A stretch of DNA of 64,000 nt from an uncultured Gemmatimonadaceae bacterium (GCA_963761305.1 CAVXGK010000002.1:608001-672000); one strand, 5' to 3'; positions 40,164 to 49,288 are shown, counted from the first letter of the stretch. A program made the numbers and translations. The notes: a model not told the origin generated them from the sequence alone.

Positions 40164-41455
40164 CGTCGGGCTTCGCCCGCGTCCGTGGGGATGACGGCGA
40201 GGGCGTGATGTACTGCGAGGGCGTGTCCCTCGAGCACATCGCGCGCGAGGTGGGCACGCCGGTGTTCGTGTACAGCGCTTCGACGATGCGCGACAGGTTC
40301 GAGCGGCTCGAGCGAATGCTCGCGCCGCTCCCGCACCGTATTCATTACACGCTCAAGGCCAACTCCAGCCTTGGCATTCTGCGCCTGATGCGCGAGCTCG
40401 GCGCGGGCGCCGACGTCGTGAGTGGCGGCGAGCTGCATCGCGCGCTGCGCGCCGGCTTCACACCGAGCGACATCATCTTCGGCGGCGTGGGCAAGACCGC
40501 GGCGGAGCTCGCGCAGGCGATCGACGGCGGGATTCTCTTCATCAACGTGGAGAGCGAAGGCGAGATCCATCTCGTCAGCCAGCTGGCGAGCGAACGGCAC
40601 ACGACCGCACGCGTCTCGATTCGCGTGAATCCGGAGATCACGCTCGACACGCCGCACGACTACATCAAGACGGGCGGCCGGGGACACAAGTTCGGCATTC
40701 CCTACGACGACGTCGTGCACGTGGCCGAGATCGCGCGCTCGCTGCCGAATATCGAGCTGGTCGGGCTCGACATGCATCTCGGCTCGCAGCTCTCGCGCAT
40801 CGATCCCTATCGTGAAGGCGCCGAGCGGCTCGCGGCGATCCTCGCCGAGCTCGCGGAACGTGGAATCACCGGACTCCAGTATCTGGACATCGGCGGCGGG
40901 CTCGGCGTGCGCTACGACACCGAGGAGCCACCGAATCTCGAGCGCTTCGCCGAACTGGTGCTGCCGATCGTCGCCTCGACGGGGCTCAAGCTGATCATGG
41001 AGCCGGGACGTTTTCTCGTCGGCAACGCGGGCGTGCTTGTCGGCCGCGTGTTGTATCGGAAGCACAGCGGCGGCAAGGACTACGTCATCGCCGACGCCGG
41101 AATGACGGAGCTGTTGCGCCCGTCGCACTACGGCGCCTTTCATCGCGTCGACGCGATGCGCCAGCACGGCAACACTCGGCGCGTCGACGTCGTCGGCCCG
41201 GTGTGCGAGAGCGGCGATTTCCTCGCGCTCGACCGCGAGCTGGACGATGTTCAGCCGGGCGACTTCATCGTCGTTTCCGACGTCGGCGCCTACGGCTACG
41301 CGATGGCCTCGAACTACAACAGCCGCGGCCGCGCCGCCGAGGTGCTCGTGGACGACGATCGCTTCGCCATCATCACGGCGCGCGAGCTGTACGACGACCT
41401 GACGCGTCTCGAGATCGACGCGCCCACGTGGGAAGCCGGAGAACCGCACGAATGA
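40145..41455 (+). CDS. lysA: Diaminopimelate decarboxylase
   Basis: YTLKANS, DVVSGGEL, HLGSQ, EPGRF, GPVCESGD, GAYGYAMASNYN. Confidence 0.96.
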   Translation: MGQSVLTSGFARVRGDDGEGVMYCEGVSLEHIAREVGTPVFVYSASTMRDRFERLERMLAPLPHRIHYTLKANSSLGILRLMRELGAGADVVSGGELHRALRAGFTPSDIIFGGVGKTAAELAQAIDGGILFINVESEGEIHLVSQLASERHTTARVSIRVNPEITLDTPHDYIKTGGRGHKFGIPYDDVVHVAEIARSLPNIELVGLDMHLGSQLSRIDPYREGAERLAAILAELAERGITGLQYLDIGGGLGVRYDTEEPPNLERFAELVLPIVASTGLKLIMEPGRFLVGNAGVLVGRVLYRKHSGGKDYVIADAGMTELLRPSHYGAFHRVDAMRQHGNTRRVDVVGPVCESGDFLALDRELDDVQPGDFIVVSDVGAYGYAMASNYNSRGRAAEVLVDDDRFAIITARELYDDLTRLEIDAPTWEAGEPHE

Positions 41456-41961
41456 AGATCGGACTCATCGCCGACACGCACGATCGGTTGCCCGCCATCG
41501 CCGAGTTGGTGAAACAACTCCAGGCAGGCGGCGCCGGCATGCTGCTCCACGCCGGCGACTACTGCTCGCCGTTCTCGCTCACCCCGGTCGAAGACGCGCA
41601 GATGTCGCTCGCCGGCGTGTTCGGCCGCAACGACGGCGATCCGCAGGGATTGATCACGCGCGCACAGTCGGCGCTCGGCATCGAGCTGTTCGAGTCGCCG
41701 CACAGCCTCGAGGTGGGCGGGCGGCGAATTCTCGTCGTGCACGATATCGGCGAGGTCCACGAACGCTCGGTGTTGGCTCACGAGGTGGTGGTGCACGGAA
41801 GCACGCACCAGCAGGAAATGAAGACGCGCGGCGAGACGTTGATCGTGAATCCGGGTGAAGCCTGCGGGTGGCTGTTCGGCAAGCCGACGGCGGCGCTGCT
41901 CGATCTCGACACGCGACGCGTCGAGTTCCTGACGCTCTCCGGCCCCGAGTGGGCCCGCTGA
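41452..41961 (+). CDS. YfcE/MJ0936-like metallophosphoesterase
   Basis: ADTHD, HAGDY, GRND, HGSTH, NPGE (some metal motifs degenerate). Confidence 0.85.
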   Translation: MKIGLIADTHDRLPAIAELVKQLQAGGAGMLLHAGDYCSPFSLTPVEDAQMSLAGVFGRNDGDPQGLITRAQSALGIELFESPHSLEVGGRRILVVHDIGEVHERSVLAHEVVVHGSTHQQEMKTRGETLIVNPGEACGWLFGKPTAALLDLDTRRVEFLTLSGPEWAR

Positions 41962-43511
41962 TGTCGTCGCGGATCCTCATCATCGACTACGGATCGCAGT
42001 TCACGCAGCTCATCGCGCGCCGCGTCCGCGAGGCGCGCGTCTACTCGGAGATTCATCCCCCGACCCGCTCGCTCGAGTGGATTCGCGATTGGAAGCCGAC
42101 GGGCATCATCCTCAGCGGCGGACCCAATTCGGTGTACGAGGATGGCGCGCCGACGGTCGACCCGGGCGTTCTCGATCTGGCCCCGGTGCTGGCGATCTGC
42201 TACGGCATGCAGTTGGTGGCGCGGCTGGCGGGCGGTGACGTCATCGGCGCCGGTCGTCGCGAGTACGGGCGATCCGAGCTCCGGGTCGACGAGACGTGCG
42301 GCCTGTTCGACGGATTCGCCGCGCACGACGTGATGCAGGTGTGGATGAGCCACGGCGATCACGTCGACGCGCCGCCGCATGATTTCGTCGCGACCGCGTC
42401 CAGCCCGAGCGTGCCGATCGCCGCGATGCGCCATCGCACGAAGCCGATTCATTGCGTGCAGTTCCATCCGGAAGTGGCACACACGCCGCGCGGCGGCGAG
42501 ATTATCTCCAACTTCCTCTTTCACGTCTGCAAAGCCGAGCCGAGTTGGACGCCGGGGGCGTTCGTCGAGAGCGAGGTCGCGAAGATCAAGCAACTCGTCG
42601 GCGACTCGCGCGTCGTCTGCGGTCTCTCCGGCGGGGTCGACTCGGCCGTCGCGGCCGCGCTCGTGCACCGCGCGATCGGCGACCAGCTCACCTGCGTGTT
42701 CGTCGATACCGGATTGCTGCGCTTGCACGAACGCGAGCAGGTGGAGCGTACGTTCCGCGCGAATCTCGGCATTCGCCTCATCACGGTCGACGCGGCGGAC
42801 CAGTTTCTCGAGAGGCTGGCCGGTGTCGAGGAGCCCGAAAAGAAGCGAACCATCATCGGCCACACGTTCATCGACGTCTTCGAATCGACGACCGATTCGC
42901 TCAGAGCCGAGGGGGAGTACAAGTTCCTGGTGCAGGGAACGCTTTATCCAGACGTGATCGAATCGTTCTCACCGCGCGGCGGACCGTCGGTCACGATCAA
43001 GACGCACCACAACGTCGGCGGCTTGAAACCAGCCATGAAGTTCCAGCTCATCGAGCCGCTGCGTGAGCTGTTCAAGGACGAGGTGCGGAACGTCGGGCGC
43101 GAGCTCGGACTGCCCGAGGAGATGGTCGGACGACATCCGTTTCCGGGTCCCGGGCTGGGCATTCGCGTGCTCGGCCCGGTCGACCGGGCGGCGCTCGACG
43201 TCCTCAGGAAGGCCGACGCCATTTACCTCGAGGAGATTCGAGACGCCGGGCTGTACAGCGAGATCTGGCAGGCGTTCGCCGTCTTGTTGCCGGTGCGCAG
43301 CGTGGGCGTGATGGGCGACTATCGCACCTACGAGAACGTGGTGGCGCTGCGCGCCGTGACGAGCACGGACGGCATGACGGCGGACTGGTATCATTTCCCG
43401 CACGACTTGCTGGGAAAGATCTCGACGCGGATTATCAATCAGGTCCGCGGCGTGAATCGCGTCGTCTACGACATCAGCTCCAAGCCGCCGGCGACGATCG
43501 AGTGGGAGTGA
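41961..43511 (+). CDS. guaA: GMP synthase (glutamine-hydrolysing)
   Basis: [41 protein letters not shown]. Confidence 0.98.
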   Translation: MSSRILIIDYGSQFTQLIARRVREARVYSEIHPPTRSLEWIRDWKPTGIILSGGPNSVYEDGAPTVDPGVLDLAPVLAICYGMQLVARLAGGDVIGAGRREYGRSELRVDETCGLFDGFAAHDVMQVWMSHGDHVDAPPHDFVATASSPSVPIAAMRHRTKPIHCVQFHPEVAHTPRGGEIISNFLFHVCKAEPSWTPGAFVESEVAKIKQLVGDSRVVCGLSGGVDSAVAAALVHRAIGDQLTCVFVDTGLLRLHEREQVERTFRANLGIRLITVDAADQFLERLAGVEEPEKKRTIIGHTFIDVFESTTDSLRAEGEYKFLVQGTLYPDVIESFSPRGGPSVTIKTHHNVGGLKPAMKFQLIEPLRELFKDEVRNVGRELGLPEEMVGRHPFPGPGLGIRVLGPVDRAALDVLRKADAIYLEEIRDAGLYSEIWQAFAVLLPVRSVGVMGDYRTYENVVALRAVTSTDGMTADWYHFPHDLLGKISTRIINQVRGVNRVVYDISSKPPATIEWE

Positions 43512-43516
43512 GACGC

Positions 43517-43640
43517 CGAAGGGCGAAACTAACGAAAGGCGAAGGTGACGAAGAGCGAAGGTAACGAAGAGCGAAACTGACGAAGAGCGAAACTGACGAA
43601 GAGCGAGGATAACGAAGGGCGAGGATAACGAACGGCGAGC
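43517..43640 (+). repeat. 16-bp tandem array A (~7.5 copies, CGAAGRGCGARRNTRA)
   Basis: cgaagggcgaaactaa, cgaaaggcgaaggtga, cgaagagcgaaggtaa, cgaagagcgaaactga x2, cgaagagcgaggataa, cgaagggcgaggataa. Confidence 0.92.
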
Positions 43641-43669
43641 AAGGCGAAAACAGCGATAGGGGTCCGCGC

Positions 43670-43701
43670 TCTACCCGTCCACCCGTCCACCCGTCCACCC
43701 G
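43670..43701 (-). repeat. 8-bp tandem repeat (CGGGTRGA x4, inverted)
   Basis: tctacccg followed by tccacccg x3, ending 1 nt before ATG 43703. Confidence 0.85.
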
Positions 43702-43702
43702 A

Positions 43703-44617
43703 ATGACAACCGAGCTCCGACCCAAGCAGTGGAGCGCGGCGGCGCCGGCCGTCGAGGTTGAGCAGCAGGCGTGTCTCAACTGCGGCGCGGTGCTGCACGG
43801 CACGTTCTGTTCGACGTGCGGGCAGCGTGTCGTGCCGCCGCGGCCGTCGTTGCGCGAGCTGCTTGGCGAAGCGTTCGCGGAATTCTCAGGATGGGACGGG
43901 AAGCTCGCGACGACGCTTCGCCTCCTGGTCATCCGCCCCGGACAGCTCACGGTCGACTTTCTCGAGGGGAAGCGGGCGAGGTACATCACGCCGCTGCGGC
44001 TCTACCTGAGCGTAAGCCTCGTGTACTTCGTGCTTTCAGCGGCGGCGCCCCCGTCGGCGGTGCCGAGCGAGGTCGCGAAAGTCGGTCAGGTCGGCGACGC
44101 GAAAATCACCGTCGGCTTTGGCGGTAGCAGTCCCGACCAATTGTCAGCCGAGCAGCGAGCCGCGCTTCTCGCCTCGGCGAAAAATGCCCCCGCGCTGTTT
44201 CGGCCGGCGCTTCGTCGCCTGGCCAGTGACCCCAAGGGATTTCAAGACGACTTCGTCGCCGTCATGCCGAAGCTCATGTTCGGCCTGCTCCCCGTCTTCG
44301 CGCTGATCCTGGCGCTCTTCTACCGCGGGCGAGGATTCGTCGAACATCTCTACTTCACGATCCACGTTCAAACTTTCTTCTTCATCGCCCTCGGACTCGG
44401 CGTCGCCGCCCGGTTCACGCACCTCGTCGCCGCGACGGTCGTGACGGGCATCGTGACGTTCCTGTGGGCGCCGCTCTACGCCCATTACTCGCTGCGACGG
44501 GTGTACGGCGAGAGCAACGGAAAGACGTTGCTCAAGGAGCTCGGGATCGGCGCGCTCTACGCGGCCGTGTACATCCCGTCGGTCGTCGCGCTCGCGCTTT
44601 GGGTGGGAAGAACTTAG
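43703..44617 (+). CDS. DUF3667-like membrane protein with N-terminal zinc ribbon
   Basis: CLNCG..FCSTCGQ, RPGQLT..GKRARYITPLRLYL, several TM helices, EHLYFTIH. Confidence 0.85.
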   Translation: MTTELRPKQWSAAAPAVEVEQQACLNCGAVLHGTFCSTCGQRVVPPRPSLRELLGEAFAEFSGWDGKLATTLRLLVIRPGQLTVDFLEGKRARYITPLRLYLSVSLVYFVLSAAAPPSAVPSEVAKVGQVGDAKITVGFGGSSPDQLSAEQRAALLASAKNAPALFRPALRRLASDPKGFQDDFVAVMPKLMFGLLPVFALILALFYRGRGFVEHLYFTIHVQTFFFIALGLGVAARFTHLVAATVVTGIVTFLWAPLYAHYSLRRVYGESNGKTLLKELGIGALYAAVYIPSVVALALWVGRT

Positions 44618-44760
44618 AAGGGCGAAGGTGACAAAGGGCGAAGCTGACAAACGGCGAAGATAACGAAGATCGAAGATAACGAAGATCGAAGATAACGAAG
44701 ATCGAAGATAACGAAGATCGAAGGTAACGAAGAGCGCAGGTGACGAAAGATCGAAGGTGA
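44616..44760 (+). repeat. 16-bp tandem array B (9 copies)
   Basis: Includes cgaagatcgaagataa x3; begins inside the DUF3667 stop codon. Confidence 0.92.
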
Positions 44761-44766
44761 CAAACG

Positions 44767-44817
44767 CCGAGAAGGGCGAGACTGCGAGTCAGACCATCGC
44801 ACTCTCGCCCTTCTCGG
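44767..44817. terminator. Central hairpin between the convergent DUF3667 and PTS IIA genes
   Basis: ccgagaagggcgaga-c-tgcga / tcgca-c-tctcgcccttctcgg with a 9-nt loop. Confidence 0.7.
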
Positions 44818-44820
44818 ATT

Positions 44821-44915
44821 TTGTCAGCTTCGCCTTTGTTAGCTTCGCCGTTTGTTATCTTCGCCGTTTGTTATCTTCGCCCTTTGTTAGTTTCGCCGTT
44901 TGTTAGTTTCGCCGT
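44821..44915 (-). repeat. 16-bp tandem array C (~6 copies, inverted relative to A and B)
   Basis: Minus strand units such as caaacggcgaaactaa and caaacggcgaagataa, starting a few nt after the PTS IIA stop. Confidence 0.92.
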
Positions 44916-44922
44916 CCGCAGT

Positions 44923-45375
44923 TCAGACTCCCTTTTCCTCGAGCAGCGCCAGGAACTGTTTCGGCTCGGTGATCTCGAGCAGTCGTCCCGGCACGTCCGG
45001 CTCCTTGCTGAACTGCGCAATCTTGCCGAGCACCGGGAGGTACTGATTCGAGACCTCGAGCGGTGGGGCGACGATGAGGAAGAAGAAATTCACCGGCTTC
45101 TCATCGATCGCCTTGAAGTCGACGCCCTCTTTCCGGCGGCCGAAGGCGACGCGCAGCTTGTTCACGACGAGCGAGCGGCAGTGGGGAATGGCGATCCCTC
45201 GCCCGATTCCCGTCGAACCGAGGTTCTCGCGCCGCTTGAGCATCTTGAACAGCATGCCTTCTGATTTCTCGTCGAGCTTGAGCAAGCCGATCAACTCGCG
45301 GAGGACGTCATCCTTGGTCGTCCCCTTGACGTTGAGCTCGATTGCGTCTTCGCTGAAGAATTCTCGCAGTTCCAT
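44923..45375 (-). CDS. PTS IIA (PtsN/fructose-type) domain protein
   Basis: RENLGSTGIGRGIAIPHCR phospho-His motif, DFKAIDEKPV. Confidence 0.92.
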   Translation of the reverse strand: MELREFFSEDAIELNVKGTTKDDVLRELIGLLKLDEKSEGMLFKMLKRRENLGSTGIGRGIAIPHCRSLVVNKLRVAFGRRKEGVDFKAIDEKPVNFFFLIVAPPLEVSNQYLPVLGKIAQFSKEPDVPGRLLEITEPKQFLALLEEKGV

Positions 45376-45470
45376 CCGTGGCGATTCGCGGCGTAAGTCG
45401 TAAGAAAGGCAGGCAACTGGCGTGAATCAGCGAAGCTATCCGGGCTGAGAACGTGTGTCAAATGCGCGCG

Positions 45471-45499
45471 TTGCTTGGACTTCGCCTCACTCTTACCTT
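45471..45499 (+). promoter_or_regulatory. Candidate leaderless promoter for dusB
   Basis: TTGCTT-N17-TACCTT-N6-ATG, no SD. Confidence 0.55.
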
Positions 45500-45505
45500 T
45501 GGCGA

Positions 45506-46556
45506 ATGGCGCGTTTTCCGTTTCCGCTCGACGCGGCCGTCCCGCTCTACCTCGCGCCGATGGCCGGCGTGTCGGAGTCGCCGTTCCGGCGCCTCTGCCG
45601 CCGCTTTGGCGCCGACGTCGTCGTCACGGAATTCCTCTCGGCCGAAGGCATCCGCCGGGAGAACCCCGCCACCATCGACAAGCTCCGCTTCGGTCCGGAC
45701 GAGCGGCCGATCGGCGTGCAGATCTTCGGCGCCGACGCCGGCGGCGATGGGTGAAGCGGCCGCGTTCGTCACCGACGTGTTCGCACCCGAGTTCATCGAC
45801 ATCAACTTCGGCTGCCCGGTCAAGAAGGTCGTGCGCCGCAACGGCGGGTCGGGCTGCCTCAAGGATCTGAATCTGGTGCAGGACGTGATCCGCGCCGTCG
45901 CGCGCAGCACGTCGCTGCCCGTGACGTGCAAGATCCGCAGCGGCTGGAACGAAGAGATGCGCGACCCGGTAACGATCGCGCTACGGTGCCAGGACGCCGG
46001 CGTCCGCGCCATCGCGCTGCACCCGCGGACGCGCACGCAGATGTACTCGGGCAACGCGCGCTGGGAGGAGATCGCCGCCGTCGTCGACGCGCTCGACATC
46101 CCCGTGCTCGGCAACGGCGACATCAAGACGCCGGAAGACGCGGCGCGCATGCACCGCGAGACCGGCTGCGCCGGTGTGATGATCGCGCGCGGCTCGTTCG
46201 GCCAGCCGTGGATCTTCGACCAGACGCGCGACCTGCTCGAAGGACGCCCGATGCGCCCGGCGCCGACTATAGAAGCGCGATTTGCAATCGCGCTCGATCA
46301 CGCGCACATGGCGGCCGCCTACGAGCCCGATCGTCGCGGCGCGGCGATCGAGTTCCGCAAGCACCTCGGCTGGTACGTGAAGGGGCTGCCCGCGTCGGCC
46401 GAGCTTCGCAAGAGGCTGCATGCCGTCAACTCGCTCGACGAAGTCGAAGGGATCTTCGACGAGTATCTCCGCCTGCGCGACACGTTCGGCGCCGACATCG
46501 TGATGAGCGACGACGCGGCGGACGACACGGACTCGATCGAGACGGCGGCCGCATGA
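45506..46556 (+). CDS. dusB: tRNA-dihydrouridine synthase B (apparent +1 frameshift at ~45737)
   Basis: LAPMAGV..VQIFG, then DINFGCPVKKV..KIRSGW..NGDI..MIARG..RKHLGWY in the next frame. Confidence 0.92.
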
Positions 46557-47311
46557 GACGCGAGCACGTCCGCGACCTGCTGCGGCAGGTGGCGGACGGA
46601 TCGCTCGACGTCTCGCACGCGCTCGACGCACTGGCCCTCGAGCCGACCGAGTCGCTCGGCTTCGCGACGATCGATCACCATCGCGCGCTTCGGCAGGGAT
46701 TTCCGGAAGTCATCTACGGAGCGGGGAAGACCCCCGACCAGATCTGCGAGATCGCACGCCGCATCGTCGCCCGCGGCGATGGTGTACTCGTCACGCGGAT
46801 CGCCGACGACGCCGCGCGTCGCCTCGCCGACGCACTGCCGAACGTCGAAGTGAATGACGTCGCGCGCACCGCGTTCGTGCGCGCCGAGTCGCCCGCGCCG
46901 CGCGGAACGGGAACGGTCGCCGTCGTCACCGCCGGCACGAGCGATCTGCCGGTGGCCGAGGAGGCCGCGGTGACTCTCGACGCACTGGGCGACTGCGTGA
47001 TGCGCGTGACGGACGTCGGCGTGGCCGGCATTCACCGCGTGCTGGCGAAGCACAAAGAGCTGATGTCGGCGTCGGTGGTGATCGTGGTGGCGGGAATGGA
47101 CGGCGCGCTGCCGTCGGTCGTCGGCGGCATGGTGCGCGCGCCGGTGATCGCGGTGCCGACGTCGGTCGGATATGGAGCGTCGTTCGGCGGGCTGGCGGCG
47201 CTGCTCACCATGTTGAACTCGTGCGCGGCCGGAGTCACCGTGGTGAACATCGACAACGGATTTGGGGCGGCCGTAGCGGCATCTCGAATCACTCACGCCG
47301 GAGCAGGGTAA
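46553..47311 (+). CDS. larB: Nickel-pincer cofactor biosynthesis protein LarB (PurE-like)
   Basis: IDHHRALRQGFPEVIYGAGKT, AGTSDLPVAEEA, DVGVAGIHR, PTSVGYGA, NSCAAGVTVVNIDNGFGAA. Confidence 0.93.
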   Translation: MRREHVRDLLRQVADGSLDVSHALDALALEPTESLGFATIDHHRALRQGFPEVIYGAGKTPDQICEIARRIVARGDGVLVTRIADDAARRLADALPNVEVNDVARTAFVRAESPAPRGTGTVAVVTAGTSDLPVAEEAAVTLDALGDCVMRVTDVGVAGIHRVLAKHKELMSASVVIVVAGMDGALPSVVGGMVRAPVIAVPTSVGYGASFGGLAALLTMLNSCAAGVTVVNIDNGFGAAVAASRITHAGAG

Positions 47312-47384
47312 CCGCTCCGGTTTCGGCTGACGGCTATCGGTACGCCGGTGAGACGTCGGCCGGCGCGCGGCCGATGCGATCGCA

Positions 47385-47930
47385 CGACGACGGAGATCGG
47401 TCCGTCGACGACGGAGTTCGGTCCGTCGACGACGGAGTTCGGTCCGTCGACGACGGAGTTCGGTCCGTCGGCGGCGGATTGCGGTCATGAGTTCACTGAC
47501 TTCGGTCTGAGCTCGCCGGACTTCGGTCCTTTGCTGCGTTGCCGCAACATTTGTGGCACGCATCTCGATCCGTTGACGATTCGCGGCAGGAGTTTGCTGG
47601 CTTTGCGTCGTCCGGAGCTCGCGTTGCGCGGTCGTGAGTTGCCTTGGAGCAGTCTGGCGCGGGCGATCGACGATGCGTAACGCCCGGAGTGCCGGCATGA
47701 GCTGAAACCGAACGGGGCATTGCTCGCCGGATCCATAATCGTCGCGCGCGACGGTGTTGAAATGTGGATTGCCGCCGGTAGTTGACGGCGGTTCCACGGC
47801 TCGTCACAGATTGATGACGGGGAGTCGCGAGCGCACCACGATCCTGCCTCGACGGAGTTCGGTCACTTCGCGGCGGAACGCGATCCGTCGTCGAGTGAAC
47901 TCGCGGAGGTGACGACGCAACGGCGGGTGG
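47385..47930. repeat. 21-bp minisatellite: 4 near-perfect copies followed by a long degenerate in-register array
   Basis: cgacgacggagttcggtccgt x4 (47385-47468); gacggagttcggtc recurs at 47851, exactly 21x21 bp after 47410. Confidence 0.8.
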
Positions 47931-48214
47931 TGGCGATGAAAATCGCGCGATGTGGCGCGCACGCCACGGCGAAGCGATTTGAGTTCGCGCCGTGACGAGG
48001 GATGTCCGACTCGTGGCGGAGTTGATGCGATCAGCGGCGAGTTGCAACCGAGGATCGACGCATTGGCGTCGGGGCGGAGCCGAGTGTTCGCGTGGACGTC
48101 CAGAGTGAAATCGGGTCACGTGAGAGTTGTACGCGGCGCGCGACGCCCGCATCCGAAGTCTTTCCACAAGAGTGCGGGCCGCACCGAAGTGAGAGTCGGA
48201 CGACGTGGAGTGAG

Positions 48215-48302
48215 CGGGTGGACGGGTAGACGGGTAGACGGGTGGACCGGTAGACCGGTAGACCGGTAGACCGGTAGACCGGTAGACCGGGCGACCGGTA
48301 GA
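48215..48302 (+). repeat. 8-bp tandem repeat CSGGTRGA x11
   Basis: cgggtgga, cgggtaga x2, cgggtgga, ccggtaga x5, ccgggcga, ccggtaga. Confidence 0.93.
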
Positions 48303-48431
48303 ACGGGAGACGGGAGATGGGAAGAGCTCGCGAGCCTCGAGATCGCACGGCACTTGAGCTTCCCATCACAACCAATTGCCCACGCGGAGCTTAACTCAGT
48401 CAATCGACGCGCCGATTTAGCGCGGATTTCG

Positions 48432-48460
48432 TTGCGTCCGCCGCCCGAATCGTCTAGATT
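48432..48460 (+). promoter_or_regulatory. Sigma70 promoter for ssrA
   Basis: TTGCGT-N17-TAGATT ending 11 nt before the tmRNA 5' end. Confidence 0.65.
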
Positions 48461-48471
48461 TCGTAGAGTAA

Positions 48472-48827
48472 GGGGGCGACTGGCTTCGACGGGGTATGTG
48501 AAGCCGTGGCTGCGTGCCGAGGTCGTGGGGCACCTCGTTAAACACTCCGCAAACTTCCAACTGCGAACAACAACTTCGCCCTTGCCGCCTAACTTTTAGT
48601 TAGGCCTGCAAGTGCCTGAGAGGAAGCCCGCCCGGGGCGGCTTCTCAGGTATCGGAAATCCGGGATTGCTGGCTCGACCGCCTCCGGCGGGCCGGTGAAA
48701 TCAAGGGGGCTCATCCGCGAGTGGGTCGTTCGCCAACCAGCGCGCGGAAACATCTAACGGCGGACTACGCACGTAGTGGCTGTGGTCGATCTATTCTCGG
48801 ACCCGGGTTCAATTCCCGGCGCCTCCA
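48472..48827 (+). ncRNA. ssrA: tmRNA; tag (A)ANNNFALAA* at 48563-48592
   Basis: 5' GGGGGCGACTGGCTTCGAC; T-arm CCGGGTTCAATTCCCGG; acceptor GGGGGCG/CGCCTCC with G3-U; tag ORF ending ALAA-TAA. Confidence 0.97.
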
Positions 48828-48849
48828 TGCCGAGGGAATCCAGCATGAT

Positions 48850-48886
48850 GCAACGGCGTCCAGAAATGGGCGCCGTTGCTCGTTTT
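48850..48886 (+). terminator. Intrinsic terminator after ssrA
   Basis: gcaacggcgtcca-GAAA-tgggcgccgttgc-tcgtttt. Confidence 0.7.
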
Positions 48887-49288
48887 ACCCAGTGAAACTC
48901 GTCCAATCCAGACTTGACGCGTCCGACCTTCGCCCGGCGCGGCGCCTGCGACTTGGATCGAGAGAGCACCGGCTTCCTAATCCAAACATGACGCACTATG
49001 AGGATGCGTTTTCATAGTGCGGCATGAGTGTTTATAGGCACGATTTTGCGCCATTGGCAGGCATGGACCGGCAAACATTACGGCAAACATTCTCACGTCG
49101 GCCAACGCTAGAGCATCCGCACGGTGAGGAACACACTCGGGGCCATTGCCGAAGTACTTCGTTGCGTCGCGTAGCCGGCCGTCGGCCTCATCGCCCTCGT
49201 CTATTTCCGGAACGAGCTTAAGGGCCTAGTCAAGTCGGAGGAACGGAGGCGAAATACCCGGCGAAGGTCGCCCAGTCTCGTCGGTGCC

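Noticed and set aside
24763..41449. Long antisense ORFs (e.g. 24763-26748, 26517-28622, 31666-33852, 35971-37977)
   Set aside because: Shadow ORFs opposite well-supported genes, as expected in high-GC DNA
43474..45264. Minus- and plus-strand ORFs with SSFVIFAV/LRYLR-like repeats
   Set aside because: They are translations of the pyrimidine-rich strand of the 16-mer arrays
46319..47797. 492-aa minus-strand ORF with RRRRTEL heptads
   Set aside because: It runs antisense through all of larB and the end of dusB and is explained by the 21-bp repeat; no support as a gene
43517..48302. 16-, 21- and 8-bp arrays as CRISPR
   Set aside because: Units are contiguous with no unique spacers, and there are no cas genes in the window
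47493..48403. ORFs with STGLPVYR repeats
   Set aside because: They are translations of the 8-bp DNA repeat and appear in several frames
48721..49221. Small ORFs overlapping or following the tmRNA 3' end
   Set aside because: They overlap structural RNA and the terminator, with no recognisable domain or SD
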